Origin: an uncultured Planctomycetota bacterium
Lineage (GTDB): Bacteria > Planctomycetota > Planctomycetia > Isosphaerales > Isosphaeraceae
Length of the DNA: 64,000 nucleotides
Direction of reading: 5' to 3'
NCBI GenBank assembly: GCA_963823665.1
Contig: CAWGMQ010000010.1
Coordinates: 1 to 64,000 of the forward strand
Notes under the pieces: model-generated
Seen by the model: only the letters and a program-made list of their open reading frames with translations
What the model was told of the DNA's origin: nothing
Database searches by the model: none
Program-made: the position numbers and the translations under genes
Part shown: positions 55,099 to 64,000 of the stretch, one piece after another
How the letters are laid out: each line of letters opens with the position of its first letter
Position numbering within the stretch: the first letter of the stretch is position 1

Positions 55099-56757
55099 TC
55101 AAAAGGCCACTGCGAATCCCAGGAGCGCGATCGTCGAGGGTGAGAACTTGGTCAGGCCGAAGTTGTAGCTGCCGAAGATTGCCAGGCGGTCGTTGACTGT
55201 CCAGATCGCGCCCAAGCCCGTCACCACCGCGGTGGGGTTTTCGTGACGCTCGCCCGGCGATACGAGATTTGCGAAATTGCGCAGCCGTGGCAGCGCAGCG
55301 GCGTTGTAAAATCCCTGCCAAAACATATCAAAATCTTCGACGATCTGGCGCTGGATGGACCACTGATAGCTGAACTGATAGACGTTCTCGCCCAGAATCC
55401 CGCGATTGCCGCTGATTCCAAAATTCTGCTCGAAGTTGAGGCCCAGTGGCAGCGTCTGATCGAACAGCAAGGCCATCGACGGCTGGGTGCCGCTGTTGAA
55501 GGACGGCGATCCCAGGGTGGTTTGCAGGTAGATTTCCGCGCCCATGGCCGGGAGGAAGTACCTGGTATTCTCCTCCCAGAAATTGGCCTTGAAGTCGAAG
55601 GCGAGCGGCGACATTCCCACTGCGCCGTTCTTACCCTTTGTGGCGGTCAGGCCGTTGGAGAAGATGCGGAATTCGAGGTTATCGGTCAGCCCGTAACGGA
55701 TCAGGTATTCCCAGTTGTATTGAGCGGGAGTGATGCGGCTTGCGCCCGTAGAATCCGACGGGTGAATTCTCGATGTAGAGGCGGCCTTTGGGGAGCGTGT
55801 AGGCACCGTTCGGGAAGTTCGCGGTGTCGGGGTCAGGGTCGCGGATGTCGACATTCAGCCTGCGCTTGAGCTGGTTCTGCAGGGCGATGGCCGGGTCGCG
55901 CTCGGAGAGCAGCCATCGATCCTCGAAGATCAGGTTCACGATCCAAGGGAACAAGAAGCGATCCTGCTCTTCGTCCTCGAAAACGCCGAAGCGGTCTCGA
56001 TAGATCTGCGCGGGGTCTGCATGGATGTCGGGATAAGTGTATTCGGGCGCCTCGCCGCCGGCACCGACCGTGCGCTCGAGCCGGTTGCGCAGGATCGAGC
56101 TGACACCGCCTGGTCTTGGTCCCGTGGCGCCGGCGCGAGATGCGCCCGCGGCGGGCGAAGCGAATGCGGCTGCACTTGCGCTGGGTTGGCCAAAGACCCG
56201 ATTGCGAAGGCGGTTTCTGGCGATGGAGCTGAGGCCTGGTGGGATTGCGGAGCCATCGGAACCAGCAGGCGCCATTTGCTGGAATACCGGGCCGGCATCG
56301 GAGAGGTCGGGTGTGTAGTCGGGCGGCGCTGGAACCAGATCGGCGAGCGGTGGGGGGAGCGACGATTCCGGGTTTGGGTCGGGAGGAGGTGGTTGCGACG
56401 GCGAGGTGGGCTGGGTTGATGGCCCTGGCGCGGTGCGCGGTGTGGCTTGCGCGTCCGCGGAGTCCTGGGCGCACACCACGGTTTGGGATTCGGAGTTTGT
56501 GAGCGGTTGCGCGTTCGAGGCTACGGCACACGGAGTGTGCCTGCTACACATGACTTGGGCTTCGGCGGTCGTGAGCGGCTGCGCGGCGCGATATCCCAGA
56601 GTTGGTTGGGAGCGACCGTCGCACACCCCGGGGCGATCAGAACGATGAATGAGCAGAGAAAGGCGGTGGGAAACATCGGCCGGCGTGCGGATCGCGCGGA
56701 GTTGGGCACCACGCGTCGCGAGCAGATAACGCGGAAGGACCGCGCCGGAGGTGGCAT
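55099..56757 (-). CDS. Putative outer-membrane beta-barrel 'transporter' (MetA-pathway-like) with long Pro-rich N-terminus (frameshifted)
   Basis: Lipobox-like LIAPGC; DPDTANFPNGAYTLPKG..YIE; LIRYGLTDNLEFRI; C-terminal F. Confidence 0.65.
56524..56547. repeat. GTAG-type REP, identical to 38609-38632, inside a coding region
   Basis: CGGCACACGGAGTGTGCCTGCTAC at both loci. Confidence 0.85.
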
Positions 56758-57310
56758 GAATTCGTACTCTCCTCCGGATCGCCCAAGTGGGAGCGGTCCC
56801 GGGCCATCGCGGCGCGTTCTACGAACCCGGCCAAATCGATACTGTTTCCATCGTCGTAAATCTTGGATTAATTGATTGTTTTTCCCAAATCGTCAAAGTC
56901 GGGGTGTTGAGCCACTGACACAGCAGTTAATGGTTGGGTGCATGAGTGTCGTGACACTGGGAGGTGGTCGGTTGAATTGAATCGGCAGCACCGGGAGCAG
57001 GGGCCGGAGATCGGGCGGAATCGTTACAGAATGCTTAAACGGATCGGGTTCGCGAAATTCTCCAGAAAACTTCGCCCTGCGGCGCAACTGGATCGGGGCT
57101 TTTGAACTGAAGGGGAGGAAACGAACGTGGGAGGGGATTTGTTGCCGGAGGCGGCGTTCGTTTTGAAGGACCATCGAGAATCCAGAGCACAGCCGGGTGG
57201 GGCCGTGGCGGGAGCGGGTCTGGAATTGGGGCGCGGTTCGTCGTAAGGTCTTATGGAAGGTTCGAGCAGCAATGATGTGGGTCTCGGTGGAGACGTTGGG
57301 GTTCCGCGCG

Positions 57311-59429
57311 ATGGACCTGACATCGGTCACTTCGAAGGTGTGGATTCCGAATCCGGCCGCGACGGCTGGCCGGTTGGCGAGTCGCGTGCTGTCGGCCGTT
57401 CGCCCGGCGCTCGCGGTTTGGTTCGTTCTCAGCGTTGGCATCGCGATTGCGCATGCGCAGTCCAACGCCGACTGGGTCGGCAAGCGCGTGGTGCAACGAA
57501 CGAGCACCATGGAGGTTCGCTCGCCTGTCGCGATACCAAAGGTGCCCGAAGCGCGGTCTCCATTCGACCCGGATGTTGCCCAGTCGCCCGCCGCTGCACG
57601 AGTTCCTGCTGACTCGCCGAGCGAGAAGACGGTAACGAAGACGGCGCGCGTTCCGAAGGTCTACCAGGTCGACTCGAGAGACGGGGATTGGCTCCTGCTC
57701 ACCGAGGGCGATGACGGCGAGATCGTCGGGTGGGTTCGATCGGATCAGTTGGTTCCAATTGAAAACGCGATTGAGTTTTTCACGAAGCAGATTCGCGCGA
57801 ATCCCAAAGACGCTTTCTCATACGCGACGCGGGCGATGGTGCACCAAGAGAACAACGAGCTTGCTGCGGCGGTGGCGGATTATGATCAGGTGATCAAGCT
57901 TGATCCCAGGAGCGAGTTTGCCTACCTGGGCCGGGCTCGGATCAGGAGCGGCGAGAACGAACACGAGCAGGCCATTGCCGACTTCAGCGAGGCCCTGAAG
58001 CTGGTTCCAAAAGATCCGGATGTGTACGCGGAGCGTGCGAGCCAATGGTATGCGAGGAAGGAATTCGCCAAGGCCATTGCCGACCTGGGCGTGGCCATCG
58101 GGCTCAAGCCGGATGATTCTCACCTCTACAAGGTGCGGGGCGACTACTTGTACGAGCGGAACGAGCTGGAAAAGGCTCTGACGGACTTCGATAAAGCCAT
58201 TGAGCTCGATCCACATGACGCTTCGGCATTTGTCAGTCGGGGAAACGCCTGGTCGTTCGCGGGTCAAGCAGAAAGCGCCATTGCTGATTACACAGACGCG
58301 ATCCGGCTCGATCCGGACAATGCCCATACCTTCTACTGCCGAGGACGCGAGTTTGCCTGGCGAGAAGAGCATCAAAAGGCAATCGCCGATTTCGACCAGG
58401 CCATCAGCCGGGACTCCGAAACATCGGACTATTTCTACGAGCGCGGCGTTGCGTTGCTCAAGAGCGAGAACTACGACAAGGCAATCGCCGATTTCAACAA
58501 GGTGATCGAGGAGAAACCGAAAGACATTGAGGCCCTCCAAAATCGCGGGCGCGCAAGGGATGGCAAGAAAGACTACGTGAGAGCCATTGACGACTTCAGC
58601 AAGGCGCTGGCGATTGATCCGCGAAATCCCGCAATCTGGGTCGATCGTGGAAATGCCCGGCGGTCCGCGGGGGACTTCGACAAGGCAATCGCCGATTACA
58701 CGGAAGCGATCCGGCTTGATCCGGAAGACGCGGACACCTATCAGAACCGCGGGTATGCGTGGCGCAAGTTGCGAGAATGGCGGAAGTCGATTCAAGACTT
58801 CGATGAAGCGGTTCGACTCGATCCATCGGCCGCATTTGCGTTCTGGAACCGAGCGTTTGCCCGCGCAGAGCTAAAGGAATTTGCTAAGGCGATCGCCGAT
58901 TACACCGAAGCCATCCGGCTCGATCCCAAGGACGAATCGAGCTACCAGAACCGCGCTGGCCTGGACCAAATTGAAGGACTGGTGCAAAGCCATCCAGGAT
59001 TACGACCAAGCGCTTCGGATCGATCCGCGAGACGCGGACAACTTCCGCGATAGAGGACTTGCTCACTCTCAGATCAAAGAATACGACAAAGCGATCGCCG
59101 ACTTCGTCGAAGCCATTCGCCTCGAACCCAAACACAGTCGGGCCTACAACGGCCTCGCGTGGCTCTGCGCAACGTGTCCGGACGCGAAGCTTCGCGACGG
59201 TAAGCGTGCCGTCGAATCAGCCACGAAAGCGTGTGAACTCACCGAGTGGAACAATGCGTACTTGCTGGATACCCTCGCCGCGGCATATGCCGAAGCCGGC
59301 GACTTTGACGGCGCAGTGAAGTGGCAAATCAACGCGAATGAGCTGTATGGTGCGGTCGAGGACCGCGAGAAGGGTCTGGCGCGGCTCAAGCTCTACCAGG
59401 ACAAGAAGCCTTATCGGGATGTCGATTGA
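57311..59429 (+). CDS. Secreted SH3-like + TPR protein, paralogue 1 (frameshift ~58960)
   Basis: Signal peptide, DWVGKRVVQ, many AIAD..AIRLDP TPRs and a C-terminal ATCPDAKLRDGKRAVESATKAC. Confidence 0.88.
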
Positions 59430-59673
59430 TCGGGATCATCGGTTCGTGCTTGGAGGCGAGCGCGTGACGGTTCCCATTAATCAGGTAGCACGAATGCGAA
59501 ACAATCACCGAGCGGCTAAATCGGGTCTCGCGATCCCGGGAGTGCATGGTTCCCGCCGAGCCGCGTGGGGGTTGGCATCGCGGTCGCAGGTGCAGTCCTG
59601 GAATCGAGCGATCGGATGCGATTCCTCTACCGATGGAGCTGACTCCTCGACAACGCTCGCGCGGAGATCCGCG

Positions 59674-62523
59674 GTGACACTCCGTCGGCGATCGATCGGC
59701 ATGATGCTCTTCCTGGCTTTGCTTTCCATGCTAAGTGCGCTCTTCACGGCCCCAGCTCTCCGAGCCCAGGGCGCGAGCGACTGGGTAGGGATGCGAGTTG
59801 TGCAGAAGACAAGCACGATCGAGATTCGTCGCGAGGCCGTCGGGATACCCAAGCTGCCGGATGCGCGTTCCGCTTTCGACGCCGGCGCTGCCGCACCGCC
59901 CTCTGCTGCCAAGACCGGTGAGGATCGTCGGGTGGTCGTTGGAATACCCAAGCTCCCGGATGCGCGTTCGCCATTTGACGCGGATGCTCCTGCGCCTCGG
60001 GCTGCCGCCGAGGCGGGAAAGGAGACGATCGTGAGCAAGACGGCGCGGGACCCGACGATCTACCATGTCGCGGCGAGGGACGGCGCCTGGCTGTGGCTCA
60101 TCGAGGGAAACGAACGCGCACCAGTCGGCTGGGTTCGAACAGACGGAGTCATCGCCATCGAACGGGCGATCGAGTTTTTCACGAAGCAAGTGCGCGCGAA
60201 TCCGCAGGATGCTTTCGCCTTCGCGATGCGCGGGCTGTTGCAAAACGACAGGAATCAGTTCGAGGCCGCATTGAGCGATTACGGCCAGGCTATCAGGATC
60301 GATCCCAAGAGCGCATTCGCTTACATCGGGCGCGCTCGCGTCTGGAGCGGCCGGAACGAACTCGATAAGGCAATTGGCGCCTACACGGAGGCGATCCGGC
60401 TCGATCCCAAGAGCGTAGCAGCTTACCGAGGACGCGCTGGCGTCTGGTCCGCCAAGTCTGACCACGACAGGGCGAGAGGCGATTATGCTGAGGCCGCGCG
60501 CCTCGATCCGCGGTACGGGGAATCGTTCGATGGTTTGCGCGCGACGTGGTTCGATCTTGTGAGATTGAGTCCGATGGTCAAGCGCGATCCCGAGGGCGCT
60601 CAAGCGCGCGTCGAACAGGCTCATGTCTGGAAGAGCAGGAACGAGCTCGAAAAGGCCATCGCCGAATACGACGAGGCGATCAAGCTTGATCCAGTCGATG
60701 TGTCGATTCTCGTCCTACGCGCATTTGCTTGGGAAGCGAAGAAGGAATACGACCGGGAAATCGCCGATTTGAGCGCGGCTATCAAACTCGAGCCGGAAGA
60801 AGCGTTCTTCTATGAGTTGAGGGGCTCGGCCTGGAGCCTGAAGAACGAGTTCGAGAAAGCGATCAGTGACTTCGACAAGGCTATCAATCTCGAACCCGAA
60901 CTTGCTTCGGCGTTCAACAAGCGAGGAGACGCATGGTGGGGCCTGGCTCAGTTCGAGAGCGCGATCGCCGATTTCACGGAGGGCATCCGTCTCGATCCGG
61001 ATGATGATCACCCTTACTTCAGTCGAGGCTTTGCGCTGGCTCGTACAGACAGGTATCAACAAGCGATCGGCGATTTCGACCAGGCGATCAATCGACACGC
61101 GGGGGATGCGGAGTATTTTTACGAGCGAGGCGTTGCGTTGCTCGAGACCAAGAGCTACGACAAGGCCATTTCGGACTTCAGTGTGGTCGTCGACCGAAAC
61201 CCGAAAGACGTCGAGGCTCTCGGAAAACGCGGGCTGGCCTGGAACGGCAAGGAGGACTACGCGAAGGCTATCGACGACTTCAGCAAGGCATTGGTGCTTG
61301 ATCCGCGCGATCCTGCGCTCTGGGTCGAAAGGGGCAATGCCCGGCGCTCGAAGGGAGATCTCGACAAAGCGATTGCCGACTACAGCGAAGCGATTCGACT
61401 CGAGCCTGGAGACGCCGGTACTTATCGCGACCGAGCCGACACCTGGCACAAGCTGAAGGTGTACGACAAGGCGCTCGCAGATTTCACGGAAGCGATCCGG
61501 CTGGACCCCCAGGACCGTTTGAATTACTTCCTGCGCGGCACAATGTGGGATAAGCTTCGAGAATATGATAAATCGATTGCAGATTACACCGAGGCGATCC
61601 GGCTGCGTCCGCGAGACTCTCTTGCCTGGCAGGGACGAGGATTCGCTTGGTATCAAAAGAAGGAGTATGAAAGAGCGACGAGCGATTTGACGGAGGCGAT
61701 CAGGCTGGACGGAAAGAATGGCAATGCCTACTTCGCTCGCGGGGCGGTGTGGAGTGACAGGCGCGAGTATGACAAGGCTCTTGCCGATTTGAACAATGCC
61801 ACCCGGCTGACCTCGGGACGTGCTGGGTACCATTTTCAGCGTGGGTGGGTTTACTCGGAGAAGAAAGAGTACAAGGAGGCAATCAATGACTTCACGGAGG
61901 CGATCCGGCTTGATCCCAAGAGCAAGGGGTATTACCACTGGCGAGGATTCGCGCGGAGAGCGCTCGCGGATTTCGTGAAGGCGATCGAAGACTTTGACGC
62001 GGTCATCCGGATCGATCCTCATGACGCTGGCGCGTTTCGCGACCGGGGCCTTGCCTATTTTGAGACGAAAGAGTACGACAAGACGATCGCCGATTGCACG
62101 GAGGCGATCGGGCTGAACCCGCGGGATGCGCGCACGCACTACCTCCGCGGTATGGCACACTCGAAGTTGAAGGAGTTCGAGAAAGCGATTCTGGACTATA
62201 GCGAAGCCATCCGGCTGGACTCGAAAGAGAGCTGGGCCTTCAACAACCGGGCCTGGATCTGGGCGACTTGCCCGGATGCGAGGGTCCGGGACGGCAAGCG
62301 CGCCGTCGAATCGGCCACGAAGGCGTGCGAGCTCTCCGAATGGAAGAACGCGTTGCAGTTAGGCACCCTGGCCGCGGCTTGCGCCGAGGCAGGTGAGTTT
62401 GAGGCCGCCGTGAAGTGGCAGACGACTGCGAGTTCGATGTATTCCGACGCCGCCGATCGCGAGAAAGGCGAGGTGCGGCTGAAAGTCTACGAGGACAAGA
62501 GGGCTTATTGGGAGGTTGATTGA
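59674..62523 (+). CDS. Secreted SH3-like + TPR protein, paralogue 2
   Basis: GGAG RBS before the GTG; same architecture with more TPRs; intact ORF. Confidence 0.9.
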   Translation: MTLRRRSIGMMLFLALLSMLSALFTAPALRAQGASDWVGMRVVQKTSTIEIRREAVGIPKLPDARSAFDAGAAAPPSAAKTGEDRRVVVGIPKLPDARSPFDADAPAPRAAAEAGKETIVSKTARDPTIYHVAARDGAWLWLIEGNERAPVGWVRTDGVIAIERAIEFFTKQVRANPQDAFAFAMRGLLQNDRNQFEAALSDYGQAIRIDPKSAFAYIGRARVWSGRNELDKAIGAYTEAIRLDPKSVAAYRGRAGVWSAKSDHDRARGDYAEAARLDPRYGESFDGLRATWFDLVRLSPMVKRDPEGAQARVEQAHVWKSRNELEKAIAEYDEAIKLDPVDVSILVLRAFAWEAKKEYDREIADLSAAIKLEPEEAFFYELRGSAWSLKNEFEKAISDFDKAINLEPELASAFNKRGDAWWGLAQFESAIADFTEGIRLDPDDDHPYFSRGFALARTDRYQQAIGDFDQAINRHAGDAEYFYERGVALLETKSYDKAISDFSVVVDRNPKDVEALGKRGLAWNGKEDYAKAIDDFSKALVLDPRDPALWVERGNARRSKGDLDKAIADYSEAIRLEPGDAGTYRDRADTWHKLKVYDKALADFTEAIRLDPQDRLNYFLRGTMWDKLREYDKSIADYTEAIRLRPRDSLAWQGRGFAWYQKKEYERATSDLTEAIRLDGKNGNAYFARGAVWSDRREYDKALADLNNATRLTSGRAGYHFQRGWVYSEKKEYKEAINDFTEAIRLDPKSKGYYHWRGFARRALADFVKAIEDFDAVIRIDPHDAGAFRDRGLAYFETKEYDKTIADCTEAIGLNPRDARTHYLRGMAHSKLKEFEKAILDYSEAIRLDSKESWAFNNRAWIWATCPDARVRDGKRAVESATKACELSEWKNALQLGTLAAACAEAGEFEAAVKWQTTASSMYSDAADREKGEVRLKVYEDKRAYWEVD

Positions 62524-62653
62524 GGGGGATTATGTGGTCACGCGTCGGCGCGTCCTGGTCATGATTGCTGCGCAGAAGGTGACACGAGTGAGCGATCCGC
62601 AGAGAACCGCTAACTGGCTGTTCGGGATCCGGGGAGTGCGAGGCTGCACGGCT

Positions 62654-62891
62654 GACAGTTGGGCCTCATTGACGACCTTCGCGGTGGACGATTCAGCGTA
62701 TTCTGTTGCGCGATTGCTTTGTGATAGCGGCCGCTGGGAGGGACCACCCCTGGCCTGGCATGATGAAAAGTGGGCCGTAATGGCGAAATTCCATGTCGAC
62801 GATTCGGCGTTTTCTGTTGCGCGACACATCTGCGATGGCGGCCGCTGGGACAGACCCCCCCTGGCCCCCCCTTCCAAAGGGGGGGAAGCTT
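62654..62891. repeat. 111-bp imperfect direct repeat ending in C-run/G-run hairpin
   Basis: GACGATTC.GCGT.TTCTGTTGCGCGA at 62687 and 62798. Confidence 0.8.
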
Positions 62892-63058
62892 GGCGTAACG
62901 TACGCGGCGGGAACTCAGCGCTGCGTCGATCGCAAGTCTTGAACCGGCCAGTGCGACGCTCAGGCCTTACCGCGCGGGCCGTTGCCATCTGGCCTGGCGC
63001 GCTGGCAGCACATCGCGGAGAGCTGTTGAACTCGGACATTCCCCGACGTGAATCGACG

Positions 63059-64000
63059 GTGGACCTGGCAACACATGCGGCTGATGTTCGTGTTTCGCGA
63101 TCGCCGACCGTGGTGATCGTCGCGGTTCTGGTCTCGTGGGCGTTTGTGCTTATCGGAGCGCCGACTCTCCGCGCTCATGCCGACGACGACTGGGTGGGCA
63201 AGAGGGTTGTGCAGAGGACGAGCACGATTGAGATTCGGCCGGAGGACGTGCCGGCACAGCCGGTGATACCTCCACTGCCTGACGGTGCTGGCGGGCCATT
63301 TGGCAAGCCGCCCCCGCCGCCTGTCGGCGGGAACCCACCCAGGGACCTGCCGACGCCTCGAGTGAAAGTCGCAGAAAAGCTGCAGAGGCGGTCGACGCGC
63401 TTTCCTGTGATCTACTTCGTCATCGATAAACGCGACGACTTGCTCTGGCTCAGCAGTGAAGACGAAGGCGTTCCGAGCGGCTGGGTTCCATTCAAGTACG
63501 TGATCCCGGTCGAAGGGGCGATTGAGTTCTTCACGAAGCGCATCCACGCGGCCCCAACCGACGCCTTCGCTCTGGCGTCGCGCGCCGTATTGCGCAAGAT
63601 AACAAGGACTTCGATGCTGCGCTGGAGGACTATGACCGGATCATCAGGCTCGATCCCAAGAGCGGATTTGTGTATCTGCGTCGAGCGCGCATCTGGAATC
63701 GCCAGAACGAACGCGACAGGGCCATTGCCGACTGCAACGAGGCCATCAAGCTCGACCCACGTGATGCGCGGGCGTTTCGGGAACGCGCGGACGCGTGGCA
63801 CAACAAGAAAGAATACGACAGGGCGGTTGGTGACTTTAGCGAAGCGATTCGGCTAGAACCCGCGGATGTTGACAACTACACCGGGCGGGCGTTTTCATTT
63901 CTCCAGAAGAAAGAGTTCGACAAAGCCATCTGCGATTGCAGCGAAGCGATCCGGCTCGAGCCGCAAAATAACTCGGCGTTGACTCTTCGCGGATTGGCCC
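63059..64000 (+). CDS. Secreted SH3-like + TPR protein, paralogue 3 (frameshift ~63600; runs off window)
   Basis: DWVGKRVVQRTSTIEIR, GWV and AIEFFTK, with TPRs continuing in a shifted frame. Confidence 0.85.

Noticed and set aside
62516..63058. Long N-terminal extension of TPR paralogue 3 in the ORF track
   Set aside because: It runs through repeat DNA; the paralogue-like start and signal peptide begin near 63059.

Overview
GC-rich bacterial DNA whose gene content points to Planctomycetota, probably Isosphaeraceae-like: DUF1559, DUF1549/DUF1553 plus DUF1501, a TIGR02999-type ECF sigma factor with Ser/Thr kinases, and TPR arrays. Housekeeping anchors are alaS, rplM-rpsI and leuB. Many ordinary genes carry single frameshifts, which looks like long-read indel error rather than biology. 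The strongest finding is a ~1.7 kb cassette (30505-32208) that appears inserted into the 3' end of the ECF gene and separates it from its WD40 kinase. It is bounded by a GAGGG direct repeat and REP-like inverted ends. It carries an antitoxin-like gene, a truncated MazF-like stub and a translationally coupled pair of a RelE-like gene and a stand-alone Shedu (DUF4263-like) nuclease. Other highlights are a sigma-54 two-component transport module with two -24/-12 promoters, an uncharacterised Cys/His enzyme plus partner gene pair, several REP/MITE-like families (one in-frame inside a gene) and a tandem array of three secreted SH3-like/TPR paralogues. No rRNA, tRNA or CRISPR array was recognised. 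All family assignments are by eye from motifs; no searches were run.
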